Of a DNA stretch of 64,000 nucleotides, positions 38,702 to 51,384 are shown piece by piece. Under the pieces are notes generated by a model. The model made no database searches. It worked only from the letters and a program-made list of their open reading frames with translations, and was not told where the DNA came from. Each line of letters opens with the position of its first letter. Within the stretch, counting starts at the first letter, position 1. The position numbers and the translations under genes were made by a program. Origin of the DNA: Lytechinus pictus (lineage: Eukaryota); assembly GCF_037042905.1 (NCBI RefSeq), contig NC_087251.1:1612001-1676000 (forward strand). Reading direction: 5' to 3'.

Positions 38702-39768
38702 CATAATTCTTAATTATTCATGCTCCTTATTTTAATGTATTCTTTGATCATCCTTCCTTCATAGGATTTGGTGGTTGTATGATAGAGGTAACCATTGATA
38801 ACACTCCAGTAACCCTGACATCTGATAAGACAGACATCCATAATGTCTACCTAGATAATGCTAAAATGCTCATGTTCTCCATTTTACTGTACCCTTTAAT
38901 AATCTATCCCTTACAGGTTTTGGTGGCTGTATGAGAGAGTTGACCATTGATAGCATTCCAGTAAACCTTACATCTGATATGACAGGCATCCATAATGTCT
39001 ACCTAGATAATGCTAAAATGCTCTTGTTCTCCATTCTACTGTACCCTTTAATAATCTATCCCTTACAGGTTTTGGTGGCTGTATGAGAGAGTTGACCATT
39101 GATAGCATTCCAGTAACCCTGACATCTGATAAGACAGACATCCATAATGTCTACCTAGATAATGCTAAAATGCTCTTGTTCTCCATTCTACTGTACCCTT
39201 TAATAATCTATCCCTTACAGGTTTTGGTGGCTGTATGAGAGAGTTGACCATTGATAACACTCCAGTAAACCTGACATCTGATATGACAGGCATCCATAAT
39301 GTCTACCTAGATAATGCTAAAATGCTCATGTTCTCCATTCTACTGTACCCTTTAATAATCTATCCCTTACAGATTTTGGTGGCTGTATGAGAGAGTTGAC
39401 CATTGATAACACTCCGGTAAACCTGACATCTGATATGACAGGCATCCATAATGTCTACCTAGATAATGCTAAAATGCTCTTGTTCTCCATTCTACTGTAC
39501 CCTTTAATAATCTATCCCTTACAGGTTTTGGTGGCTGTATGAGAGAGTTGACCATTGATAACACTCCAGTAAACCTGACATCTGATATGACAGGCATCCA
39601 TAATGTCTACCTAGATAATGCTAAAATGCTCTTGTTCTCCATTCTACTGTACCCTTTAATAATCTATCCCTTACAGGTTTTGGTGGCTGTATGAGAGAGT
39701 TGACCATTGATAACACTCCAGTAAACCTGACATCTGATATGACCGACATTTATAATATCTACCTTGAT
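38702..39768 (+). repeat. 152-bp x7 tandem array of the intron 26 acceptor plus 5' half of exon 27
   Basis: AG| positions spaced exactly 152 nt; exon-like starts at 38765, 38917, 39069, 39221, 39373, 39525, 39677. Confidence 0.95.
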
Positions 39769-39880
39769 GGATGCCCTCCTGTCACAAGCGGTGCCATCCA
39801 ATGTTCTGATCCACAATCAGAATCCATCTATCTGGGAATCGGGAGGAATGTCACAGATAGTGGACTTAGTATATTTACAG
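39677..39880 (+). CDS. USH2A: Exon 27: end of LamG-2 (only complete copy in the 152-bp array)
   Basis: tacag| FGGCMRELTID...YLDGCPP...SIFT G|gtact; the only acceptor that keeps the frame open. Confidence 0.88.
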
Positions 39881-39942
39881 GTACTATTTATCTATTGACT
39901 GTATAGCAGTAGTGAAAGTATGTGCTTCTTTTCTGATGCTGA

Positions 39943-40185
39943 TGGGCTGATAAAACCTTGTATCTCAAAATTTAAATATTTTGATGACAGCTCAGAATAA
40001 GCTAGATTTTAGTGTTATAACATGGGTAGCAACCTTCTTTTGCCTCGAAAGAGTTCTTTACAAGTATCAGAAGACCGTTTTCAGACAGTATGAGATTGCC
40101 ACTATTGCTATAATCTTAAAATACAGCCTTTTCTAAGCTGACCTCAAAATTTTAAGATTTTGAGGTACAAGGTTTTATTAGCCCA
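39943..40185. mobile_element. Degenerate fold-back MITE
   Basis: TGGGCTGATAAAACCTTGTATCTCAAAAT... vs ...ATTTTGAGGTACAAGGTTTTATTAGCCCA. Confidence 0.75.
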
Positions 40186-40402
40186 GCCATGATATCTTGA
40201 CTTGAGATTTAACTTCAGGTTTCTCAATGAATACAGATAATGTGAGAAATTGTGAAATATCATTGAATTATTTGTTCAAACTTTGAATTTTGTACTGGTT
40301 TTCTTGAATTGGCATTAGCGCAATTAGTGATATTTCTAATTTTAATAAGAATGTGACAAGAATACAAGAGATCATTATTAGAAGATGGTATTGACCGAGA
40401 TC

Positions 40403-41012
40403 TTAAAGGTCAAGTCCACCTCAGGAAAATGTTGATTTGAATCAATAGAGAAAAATCAGACAAGCACAATGCTGAAAATTTCATCAAAATCGGATGTAAA
40501 ATAAGAAAGTTATGACATTTTAAAGTTTCGCTTATTTTTAACAAAATAATTATATGAACGAGCCAGTTACATCCAAATGAGAGAGTCGATGATGTCACTC
40601 ACTCACTATTTCTTTTGTTTTTTATTGTTTGAATTATACAATATTTCAATTTTTACGAATTTGACGATTAGGACCTCCTTGCCTGAAGCACAAAATGTTA
40701 AAATAATGGAATTCCACGTGTTCAGGGAGGAATGAAACTTCATTTCACATGACAATGACGAGAAAATCAAAATATTTCATATTTCATATAATAAAATACA
40801 AAAGAAATAGTGAGTGAGTGATGTCATCAGTTCCTCATTTGCATACCGACCGAGATGTGCATATAACTGTTTTGTGAAATGAAGCGAAACTTTAAAATGC
40901 CATAACTTCCTTATTTTACATCCGATTTTGATGAAATTTTCAGTGTTATGCTTGTTAAATTTTTCTCTTTTTATTCAAATCAAGTTTTTGTTGGGGTGGA
41001 CTTGTCCTTTAA
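40403..41012. mobile_element. Kolobok-type MITE, same family as 4096-4696
   Basis: TTAA-AGGTCAAGTCCACC ... GGTGGACTTGTCCT-TTAA. Confidence 0.88.
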
Positions 41013-41090
41013 ACATGTTGCACATGATAAGGAGATGAAATGAGCTGTTCTTTGATTTATCCTGTACTGTGTTTTTGTTATCTTTCACAG

Positions 41091-41171
41091 AGTATCTCTA
41101 CCAAGTAATAGCTACTAACATTGCTGGGTCTTCTGATGGTCCATGGGCTGCTGGAAGAACTAGAGAAGGAG
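41091..41171 (+). CDS. USH2A: Exon 28: FN3
   Basis: cacag| EYLYQVIATNIAG...RTREG G|gtttg. Confidence 0.9.
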
Positions 41172-41690
41172 GTTTGTCTTTCAAAACAAATTTTAGATGA
41201 CTCTTTAAGAGTTGTAAATTATAGAAAGACCTTTTATCTGTTAATTTCTCAACATTCATAAGAGCAATGAGATTATGTTTAGTCTTCAAAAATCTTAAAA
41301 AGTTAAAATTTCTATGCAACAGAATGATATTACAAATGATTGAATGAGAGACAAGTTAAAGAGTTGTGTTAATATTAAATCATGACAATTATATGATAAA
41401 TCCGCCAAATTCATGTGGTATTACAGTAGTATTTTATTTATCATATATGTTTTGTATTTATCATATGTTTTGTATTATCAGCCTTCAAATTTGCTCTCAG
41501 TATTTAGACAAATAAAAGCAAGGATATTACAAATTAGATGTGTTGAATGACAGAATATGTTGCTTTTCATTTGTCTGAATCCATGAGATCAGTTGATGAA
41601 TAATCATTGCTTAAAAAATACATTCAAATACATTCATATGCATATTAGAAATGTCACACTCATTGTTATATCTATCCTTGAATTTTTCAG

Positions 41691-41882
41691 CTCCTACTGG
41701 GCTGACCCAACCCATTGATCCAGTATCCATCACAGGCTTTGTTATTCAGCTGCAATGGCAGAGACCCTCAGGCAATACAGGTCTACTCACACAGTACATA
41801 TTATCAGCATATAATCAAGATCTACCTGACATAGCACCAGTTCAAGCTTTCTTCACAGATACTACGATGTCAGAGAACATAG
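41691..41882 (+). CDS. USH2A: Exon 29: FN3
   Basis: ttcag| PTGLTQP...SENI G|gtaaa. Confidence 0.9.
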
Positions 41883-42261
41883 GTAAAATCAAAAGCATCT
41901 TAAATGATTCCTTTTGCCTGCTTGACATTATCAGGCTTTATGTTTCAAAGTTTAGCAGAGGACATTTTAGTGAATGAGCATTAAATAGTTGATTACTAAT
42001 ACTCTTTAATCAGCATATGCTTTTTTATCCCCATTAGATCAAGTTTTTACAGAGGGATGAGAATTAAATTTTTAAATGTTTGTAACGTTGATCAGAAGGT
42101 ATTTGTTTGTATGTGCAAAGAACTTCTTGATGTCCTGTGGTCACAATTTCTCTCCTGGTATGAAATGGAAAAGGTAGTAAGTGCGGTGAGGTGATTTTGA
42201 CTATAGGTGGGGAAAAAACTCAATAAATCACAATATCTTATTTGTATTGTTTGCTTTCTAG

Positions 42262-42372
42262 GTAATATCACTAATGTTGTCCCATATACTGACTATGATG
42301 TGACTGTGACTGCATGTACAGCTGGAGGTTGCTCAGAAAGTACTTCAGTCAGTGTGAGAACTAGAGAAGAAG
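42262..42372 (+). CDS. USH2A: Exon 30: FN3
   Basis: tctag| NITNVVPYTDY...ACTAGGC...REE G|gtagg. Confidence 0.92.
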
Positions 42373-42833
42373 GTAGGTCTATCCTAAGGTACATGATACT
42401 TCCATTATTGTAAGTTTTACATCAGAATGAAACTGCTACTTTTTTTGCCCCGTATGTAAATTCTAAGAATATCTCAATTCATCATCTCTCTGTAACTGCA
42501 ATTTCATTATTAGGATAAACAAATCCTAGATTTTGTTCATCAGTTTATGAAGAATAAACTTAACTGAAATTTGAACTGATTTGAAATTTTATTTCATGGA
42601 AATAATATAGATATATATTCAGTAAATATAGCAACAGTTTAAAAAAAAGTAAAAAAAGTAATTCAATGTGTATATTATATTTTCCGGAAAATGTGTGGTT
42701 TTATTTTCATGAATAAAGTTGAGTGTAATTAAAAAATGAAAATACTTTTGACACCTGGCAAGTTAGAAAATTTTTGAGGTATTATAACTCATTTGCTGTT
42801 AATTTCTGAATTACTTGATTAATTTCATGATAG

Positions 42834-43037
42834 CTCCCTCTGGTGTCCAGTCACCTGAAGCGCTTTCCAAGACGGCCCGTAGCATCGTAGCAGGATGGGC
42901 ATTACCAGAGAGACCAAATGGTATCATTACATCCTACCAGCTTCAGCTTGATGGTGTTACAGTCTACACAGGCACAGCACGTAACTACACACTCACAGGA
43001 TTAAGTGTCTTCAACCCTTATAGACTCCTTGTTATAG
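42834..43037 (+). CDS. USH2A: Exon 31: FN3
   Basis: gatag| PSGVQSP...PNGIIT...LLVI G|gtaat. Confidence 0.92.
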
Positions 43038-43502
43038 GTAATTATATTTAGATTCTGTTTTTTAAACAAAATGATATAACCTGATAAGAGTTTGCCATAA
43101 AAAAATCAGTACACTCTTTTATGAGTCTCAAAATGGGTCTGATTCATCATTGTTCATCCATAATTATCAGAAATAGATTAATTAAAAACGTAACTTAACT
43201 CCATGCATTTACAATATTACTGTTTGAATTCTATTCACATAAATATTAAAATGATATCAGTTAATTTTATACTCTTGTTCTGTTTGGATTCTGTTTCATA
43301 TGCAAATTTAGTAACTAGGCAGCATCAACAGGACCTAAGAAAAACACTGACATATTAATGAGCTTGTTGCATTGCATTATCAGTTGAATGATCTTTTATT
43401 TATATTTTGATCCACCCTATTTTTAAAATAAGGTATTCTGAAACCAAATTCATCTATTTTGCAAGTAAGATAATCTTGATTCCATTTCTTCCTTATTTTC
43501 AG

Positions 43503-43789
43503 CTTGTACCCAAATAGGCTGTTCATCCAGTCCAGAGGTTACCATTACAACCTCTCAACTCCCTCCGTCTTTTGTCAACCCACCTACTCTATTCCCCCGC
43601 AGTCCAAGGTCTATTGAGGCACGATGGACAGCTCCATCTCAGCCTAATGGCATCCTACAACATTATGTTCTTTATTCATCAACTGTGAGTGGTGGAGTAG
43701 GGGATCCAGTCTTCAACACATCTGATCTATTCACTGACTTTCTACTTGATGACCTCACACCAGGAACAGTATATTATATGTCAGTAGCT
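43503..43789 (+). CDS. USH2A: Exon 32: FN3
   Basis: ttcag| CTQIGCSSS...YYMSVA |gtaagt. Confidence 0.92.
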
Positions 43790-44211
43790 GTAAGTATCAC
43801 TTGCTTTTTCTGCAGAAGTTCACCCTGATATCAATATATATCTTATTATTTCATTATTGTTCTATTCATTGCAAATTATTTTCACTATTAAATCATATAG
43901 TATTCTTCCTTATATATTTTTAGAAAAGCTTTTAAAAAACATCTTTTTTGTAGTTTGTAGATGTAGGATTGTGTAACTCTATTCAATTCAATGATTGTAA
44001 GCGAATTGGGCCTTGTGGGAAAAGCGCAGTATAAATAGTGAGTAATAATATATTATTCTTCCTTATATAGCACTTAAAATGTAAATTGAAAGAAATCTCT
44101 AAGCACTCATAAACAAAAGCAAGATAATTTAATGTGTCATTTCATCTTTGTAGTAGGATTGTAGGTAATAAGCATTTTCAAAGACACCATATATCTGCCT
44201 TTCTTCCACAG

Positions 44212-44359
44212 GCATGTACTGGTGGTGGATGTACAGTCAGTGATCAGAGCAGTGTAAGGACAGAAGAGAGTATTCCAGAGGGAGTACCAGCACCAATCAT
44301 AACAGCTACTAGCCCATTTGAGTTGGTTGTAACATGGACTCATCCAACACAGCCAAATG
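44212..44359 (+). CDS. USH2A: Exon 33: FN3
   Basis: cacag| ACTGGGCTVS...QPN G|gtagg. Confidence 0.93.
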
Positions 44360-44714
44360 GTAGGTCTAAAATAGTGCACTATATTTATGTCAACCAGTAT
44401 TACCACTAAGTGTAATTTTAATTCTTTTAGACAGTAATTGACCAAATGGGTAATCGGGAAGATGAGGAAAAAGTAATAATTTTACCGAAGTGGATGTTCG
44501 ACCAAGTGAATGTTGGACCAAAGGCAATTACACTAAGGAAATAGTATTTTCAAACTAGGTTAGCACTGACGATGTAAGATATACTAGAAAGTGTGATGAC
44601 TAGCTCTTATGGGCAAATTCTCCAATTAACACCACAGAATACACATAAATCCCACAAAGTAGCAATTTTTCTCACATCATTTCTCAAATCATTTGATTCT
44701 CATATCTCTGACAG

Positions 44715-45029
44715 GTGTAATCATCAGCTATGCCCTGGTGCAGAATGGCATTGTGATTCAAAACTCCACCGCCATGTCTTACTCCGCTTCCAATCTCGCT
44801 CCATGGAGTCTACATGTCTTCAGGGTAGAAGCATGTACCTCCAAGGGGTGTACGTTTGGGCCAGAGGCGTCTGGACGTACCCGTGAAGCCCCGCCCCAGG
44901 GTAGCATTGATCTTACTGTGTTTACAATGAATTCTAGGAGTGTGAGGGCTACCTGGACCTCACCAGCCCAGCCTAATGGTATGCTAGTCTATGAGGTTCT
45001 CTTCACTGGTCTGTTCTATATGGCACCAG
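44715..45029 (+). CDS. USH2A: Exon 34: FN3
   Basis: gacag| VIISYAL...APWSLHVFRVEACT...FYMAP G|gttag. Confidence 0.93.
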
Positions 45030-45539
45030 GTTAGTCAATTCAAACATTCATTAGTCGTGATATGAGGTAGGGTTGGTCCAGGATTTTGTCATAAGGGAAG
45101 TTGATCTATGGGAGGGGGAGGGTGGGATGATGGCAAGCTAAATGAAATGGGAGGAGGGGGAGGGGTTCATTTAAAAAAGAGGTAATACCAGTTGTGCAAA
45201 GAGTGTATTCCCTGTTACAGGCATGCAGTAAAGCAGCACTTCAATTTGTTGCCAAATAGGGCACATATCTCTTGTGCACTCTTGAATCTGCACCTGATCC
45301 AAGATAAATGGTTTCTTTTACCAGTCTGTTAAAATGATTAAAGACTGAGGAACTGGAACTAATTCAAATGTCTGACATTCAACTAATTTTGTTTATAAGA
45401 TATCACATAATGACTGCTTTGTTTCTTGATAGAATTTATTACCTTTCTGATTAAAAGCATACATTATTCTGTAATCCAGACATTACTGGTTATCATTAAC
45501 CTTTAACTTTTTATCTCCATCTTTTAAATATGCATACAG

Positions 45540-45719
45540 AAGCCAACAATTATGCTATTGTAACAGAGCAAAGAGCCCTGTATAATGGAACTATAGCCAA
45601 TGAGATCGTAGAAGTTACTGGTTTGATCCCACACTCAGCATACTCCATTCAGGTTAGAGCTTATAACACAGAGGGCAGCATTCTCAGCAATGAAAGGACC
45701 GTTACCATGCCAACTGGAA
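45540..45719 (+). CDS. USH2A: Exon 35: FN3
   Basis: tacag| ANNYAIV...MPTG A|gtaag. Confidence 0.9.
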
Positions 45720-45930
45720 GTAAGTCATGCTAGTAGGAAATATATTACATTGAAATTTAGTCCAGGATAGAAACGATGTGTGATATACTTTATCTCTGTG
45801 TTATTTGCATCGTTTTCATTGTCTTTACTTCATAAAGAACCTCTTTCCACAGACAATATAAGTAAAATAATGAATGAAACTTTACAAGTTGCTAGCTCTT
45901 ACTCAATGCTATGCCTTACTTTTCTTTTAG

Positions 45931-46081
45931 CACCTGATGGTGTCCTGCCTCCTATGTTAACTGCTACTGGACCTACATCGATCCAGGCTACATGGGATGA
46001 ACCCGCTAGGAACAATGCCCCAGGAGTACCTTCATTCCAACTCAGATATAGACCTGCAAACCAACCAGGAAACCAAATTGA
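45931..46081 (+). CDS. USH2A: Exon 36: FN3
   Basis: tttag| PDGVLPP...PARNNAPG... GA|gtgag. Confidence 0.93.
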
Positions 46082-46337
46082 GTGAGTGTCAGAGGTGTTA
46101 AATCATCTAAAAAAGGGTGTTATCAAAAGTTGAAGTGTAGTTGTCTTAATAAAAGGAGTTCATTGCTGAGTATCCAATTTATGATTACAATATTTAACAT
46201 GCTTTTGGAATCAGTAAGACAATTTTCACTCAATATGGGGTTGATAAAATTTATGTGTTGACACTCATAATGTATGAATTTAACAGTTTATCATGCAGCA
46301 AATCTGACATAACTGTTTGTTTCTCTTATATTTTCAG

Positions 46338-46480
46338 TGTGTTTAGCAACTCAGTACGAGTGATGAGCTATACATTGACCGGTCTACAGGCATTCAATGA
46401 GTATGAATTCAGAGTGATCGCTATTAATAATGCTGGGCAAACCCTCAGTGAATGGGCTTCAGTATTCACCAGGGAAGATG
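46338..46480 (+). CDS. USH2A: Exon 37: FN3
   Basis: ttcag| VFSNS...TRED G|gtaat. Confidence 0.92.
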
Positions 46481-46540
46481 GTAATTTTATTTTTTACTTG
46501 TTTTCCTTATTTTGGTCAAAGAATAGATTGCGCATTATGT

Positions 46541-46782
46541 AGAGGTGTTGTGGCTCAGTGGATAAGTCTCTGGACTTTCAACCACAAGGTCTGGTTCACT
46601 GCAGCACTTGCATCCTTTGGTAAAGCATTTATATACATTTGCCTCTCTCGACCTAGGAGTAAATTGGTACCCAGTAGGAAGAAATTCCTTGAATGCTTGA
46701 GCGCCCAATTAGAGTACTCATGCCAAAGCCAGGTAATAGTATGCAATGCTTAGAAACATTGTATTAAGCACTTTATAAATGT
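46541..46782 (+). mobile_element. Degenerate tRNA-derived SINE
   Basis: A box TGGCTCAGTGG; body GGTACCCAGTAGGAAGAAATTCCTTGAATGCTTGAGCGCC matches the 5379 SINE. Confidence 0.75.
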
Positions 46783-46902
46783 AAATCAGATTTAATCTTG
46801 GTTTATAAATTCATAAAGGAGCGACAATCTGATGCAATCATGATAGTTTCTGAAATTTTTGATGGAGGCATACATTTTTTTCTATGTTCAGCTGAGAATC
46901 TA

Positions 46903-47846
46903 TTAAGGACGTTCCACAGTTAAAATGAAATCCATGTCATTTTCACCAAACTTCGCACATAGATACTTTAGAACTTGAATATTCGAAATATGCAAAAATT
47001 AACATAGGTCCATGTGCTGGATTTTTTGCTATAGAACTTCAAAGTTCACCCAACTGGATGTTCTTACAAATTGCGCATTCAAAAGAATTTGGCATTTTTA
47101 AACTTCGCAAGATCACTACAATGAGTTTAAACCTCTATTAATCAGTCAAAATACATGAAAAAGTCATCAAATTTCGCACGTGAGTTAATAATTGTATCGT
47201 TAGAATGGAGAATCTATTTATAGTGCTATTTGTTTGCAATTTTAAGTCTAACAGCACTGTCAGTTCTTAAAAATGGCGTAAAACATAACAAAAACCCAAT
47301 CTCAAAAATGTGAAATATTAATAACAAACTACAAAAGTACAATAAATGCTGCACTTTATTCAAAATCCATGTCATTTTCACCAAAATTTGCAAAGTTGTA
47401 GAGAAAGGTATACCTAAGAGGTACAAACGTTAAAAAATAGGGGTTCATGTGCTTGTTTTCAAACTATCAGCATTTTAATTAGAGCAAATGTGCTTTTTAA
47501 AACACCAAAAATGTGCCAAATGTTTTGTATCTATGTGAAGAAAAAATCAAAACCACTCTACCATTTATTCCAACTCGGGGTCATATTCGTGATTTTTGGC
47601 AGCACTGAAGAGTACAGTATTTTGAAATTGCAGAGATATTTTTTTTAATGGTCCATGGAATAATAAAAGTTTTTTAGCTTCATAAAATAACGCATCGGAT
47701 ATGTAGTTAGAGTGCAGATGATGAGAAAAATCAGTTCATATCCACATCTAATTAATCACCTGTTCATCCATTGTGACGTCAGCGCGCAGAGTGTAAAATA
47801 TGCGCAGATCATAATGCGCACTAACATAACTGTGGAACGTCCTTAA
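46903..47846. mobile_element. Short (936-bp) copy of the 28008-30733 element lacking the internal array
   Basis: Identical 16-bp TIRs with TTAA flanks; interior aligns with 29835-30729. Confidence 0.9.
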
Positions 47847-48045
47847 GTTAAGATTTTACTCTTATTAACATAAGAAATATTAATAGAATAAAACGTTATT
47901 TCAAAATTTAACAAGAATTGTAAATTTTCAGACAGAAGTACATGTATTAAGACAAATCCTTCTTTCCCCTTGTAAACAAGAATAAGTAATGTGATCATAG
48001 GCCCACATATTGCTATTATATGTAATGTATTTTGTTTGTGTTTAG

Positions 48046-48182
48046 TACCTGGTCCCATAGACCCACCTATGGCTACTGATGTACAGGCCTATTCAACCAT
48101 TGTGACATGGGAGTTTCCTGATACACCTAATGGCATCATCACATCAATCAGACTCTATCAGAATAATGTCCTCAAAACTATG
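48046..48182 (+). CDS. USH2A: Exon 38: FN3
   Basis: tttag| PGPIDPP...LKTM |gtcag. Confidence 0.9.
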
Positions 48183-48643
48183 GTCAGTTATACATCTCCT
48201 GATTTATATCTTAGTAATGAAATAGTTGAGTTCACATGTCATAATTATGTTTGTCTAAAGATGTCAAAATTGTGGGTTTTTTCTCCACATTATTGCAGCA
48301 ATATGCAGTTAGAATTTATTACATCTATTAGCCCAAACAAGAAAAGAGAAAAATTGCTGTCTCAGATGCTGTAATCTGCATTCATATTGATTTTTCAAAG
48401 GGTTGGATCTAGTGTATATACATATATGATGCTTCATTCCACTTTTTGCCCTACATGTACCTCTCATATTTCCTTCACCTTTTAAATTTTTATTTATTTA
48501 CATTAGAATCATTCACTCTTCTTGTTCACAGTCATATTCCTAAACCAGGTAGTGTTACAGCTACACATACATGTATGTTTCATATTTATCTATGTGATGC
48601 TTGACTTGACATTGATTTCATATTTTTTCCCCTCCTATTTCAG

Positions 48644-48779
48644 CTTCCTGGTAACACTACCCAGTTGTTCATTGATGATCTTACACCTTTCACTGACTAC
48701 ATGTTTAGTGTTGAGATGTGTAATACTGTTGGATGTACAAGAAGTCCTGACTCAATCACTTACACTACTCCACAAGCTG
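48644..48779 (+). CDS. USH2A: Exon 39: FN3
   Basis: ttcag| LPGNTTQLF...TPQA G|gtaag. Confidence 0.92.
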
Positions 48780-49163
48780 GTAAGGCTCATTCAGGCATCA
48801 ACGTTTTGAGTTCATATTTGATGGGATATGAGGCACCCCTGAATAAAGAGATTAGTTAAGGAATACTTGTCTATTTTTTTTGTAATTTGACAGACACAGT
48901 AGAATTTGAATTTCATCCGTACATTATAAAATTGCAATTCTTTATATACAGCTGGACATAAGCAAAAAGTTAAATTTACATATTGGATTCTAACCTTTGT
49001 TTATTTATTATTGATAGTTTAGTTCAATTTAATACCTTATTATTACCTGTAGGTCTCCTGTATCATATTTCTATATCATGATTAACAGGCTTTAGTAATG
49101 AGTTTCAGCCAGGTTTGATTTCTAACATACAGGTAATTAATTACTTTTTTCTCTCTCTTTCAG

Positions 49164-49460
49164 CGCCTACGGGTCAGTCACCTCCAGCACTCTCTTCCCC
49201 TACACCCACCTCTGTCCAGCTCTCATGGTCACCCCCATCCATGCCTAATGGTATCCTAACAGGTTACCAGATTGAACGTCGTCATCAAGGTTTCACTGCT
49301 ATCTTCTCAGTGGTCTCCATAGCTCCTGGTGCTCCTAGAGTCTACTTAGATCTATCTGCTGCCATCACACCTTACACAGCGTATGAATACAGGGTCCGGG
49401 TGACCAATGCTGCTGGGAGCTCTACTAGTCAGTGGGCCAGTGTCATCACAAAGGAAGCAC
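49164..49460 (+). CDS. USH2A: Exon 40: FN3
   Basis: ttcag| PTGQSPP...TKEA C|gtaag. Confidence 0.92.
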
Positions 49461-49834
49461 GTAAGTTTATCTGTAGGAATAATGGGCTCTGAATGAAGAA
49501 TTTTGAACATCTCAAAGCACACAGCTAACTTCTAGAAATTCAAAATACTCTTTCTAGATAGAAGACATAATAGAAAGTCGGGAAATCATCACTCCCAATG
49601 AAGAAAAACAAATCATGGAACATCATAACATATTATTCATTAGTGTAATTAACTTTACTTGATTAGAAGAAAACTCACATGGAATAGCCCTCTCTCAGAT
49701 CTACTAGTCTTAGAAATGTTCAATTTTCTTCTGAGAAAACTCATGGAAGGTCTGGGATTTTTGAAAATGTTAAGGTATATGAACTTTACTAAATTTGGTA
49801 CTTCCAAATTGATATCTATTTTTATTTTTGTTAG

Positions 49835-50032
49835 CTCCTGGTGGTGTACGTGAGCCATCAGTGACAGTCCTTGGACCTGATTCAGTGATGGTCTCTTGGG
49901 AAGAACCAGCTCAGAGTAATGGAGAGATCTTGAGCTATACTATCAGGATGCCTGATCCTAGAATCTACCTAGACCAGACAAACCTCACATCATACACTGT
50001 CTACAACCTGGTTCCTTATACTCAATACTCAG
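49835..50032 (+). CDS. USH2A: Exon 41: FN3
   Basis: gttag| PGGVREP...RMPDP...TQYS G|gtgag. Confidence 0.92.
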
Positions 50033-50141
50033 GTGAGTCCTATATTATTGTTGGATTTCACTGAAAATGAAGTTATATCTATGGGTAATCAGAAGAGTAA
50101 CCACCAACTGGAAAAAATCATTTCTGAGGTCTCTCATACAT

Positions 50142-50441
50142 AATAATAATAATAATAATAACGTATTTCTTGTATAGCGCATATCACATTATGTCATAAC
50201 GTCCCTATGCGCTTCCAAAGGACTTGGATATTATTACCCTGGCTTTAGCCCCGCAGCCTTTTACAGCGCGGTGGCATTTCAAGAAATGAATTCCTGCCAG
50301 GTACCCATTCACCTCACCTGGGTTGAGTGCAGCACAATGTGGATGAATTTCTTGCTGAAGGAAATGACGCCATGGCTGGGATTCGAACCCACGACCCTCT
50401 GTTTCAAAGTCAGAAGACTAATCCACTGGGCCACAACGCTC
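50142..50441 (-). mobile_element. Full-length tRNA-derived SINE, same head as 5379 but a different tail
   Basis: A and B boxes on minus strand, (TTA)n tail, TACAT TSD at 50137 and 50442. Confidence 0.88.
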
Positions 50442-50522
50442 TACATGGGTCACATGTGCATGCTTTATGACATTGCTTTATAAATATTGTGATAATAGTA
50501 TAATGGGTCCTTTTCAATAATG

Positions 50523-50626
50523 TAGAGTTAATTAAATTAATGTGTAAATATAAAGTTAGAGTTAATTAAATTAATGTGTAAATATAAAGTTAGAGTTAAT
50601 TAAATTAATGTGTATAATATGAAGTT
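50523..50626. repeat. 34-bp minisatellite x3
   Basis: TAGAGTTAATTAAATTAATGTGTAAATATAAAGT x3, last copy degenerate. Confidence 0.92.
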
Positions 50627-50679
50627 AAAGCTTTTGTCTGTAATGAATCACTTTACATTGTATTGATGTGCTTTCACAG

Positions 50680-50895
50680 TGACTATTGAGGCATGTACTG
50701 CAGGTGGATGTACACAAAGTAATCCCACATCAGTGAGGACTGACCCCACCCTACCATTTGGGCAGATGTCTCCTAGAGGTGATGCTATCACACAGACTTA
50801 CATCTCTGTCATCTGGTCTCCTCCTATTAGACCAAATGGACCTAACATCCGTTATGAACTCCACAGACAGAAGCTTAGACAGCCACTGAGTACAG
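50680..50895 (+). CDS. USH2A: Exon 42: FN3
   Basis: cacag| VTIEACT...PNGPNIRYEL...PLST G|gtata. Confidence 0.92.
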
Positions 50896-51384
50896 GTATA
50901 TGTATATATTAAACACTTATTTTACCTCGAGACATCTATTGCATATTACTGAAATCTGATACAGAATGGCTGTTTCATAAAACTATTTGTAAAGTTATAC
51001 ATGATCCACTGAATGCAAAATTGATTGCATTTCCTGTCTTTTTGTTTATTTCAAGTCATGATATTGATGATTTTGTTTTACCTGATTACTAAGAAAGCCA
51101 CTAGCACTATAACCAGAAATCAGTGGGTCACTGGATTCAAGATCAATGCTCTACCCACTGAGTTATCAAGCCTCCTTAAATTTCTCCAGAATTTAATGTG
51201 CTTCAAAATCACTACAAATATTTGTATGCAGTTATTGAAAAAAAAATCAGCTTCTGTTGAATTACATTTATTCATTAGTAATTTACTTGTTATGTTGCAC
51301 TTTGTAATAATAATGGTTGCTTTTCAGGACTTTTCACACCAGTACATACATATATCTCCTGTATTTATTGTTCTTGTTGAGTAG

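Noticed and set aside
38765..39676. Mutually exclusive (Dscam-like) exon cluster
   Set aside because: Upstream copies lack the exon's 3' half and their own donors; 152 is not a multiple of 3 and read-through hits TGA.
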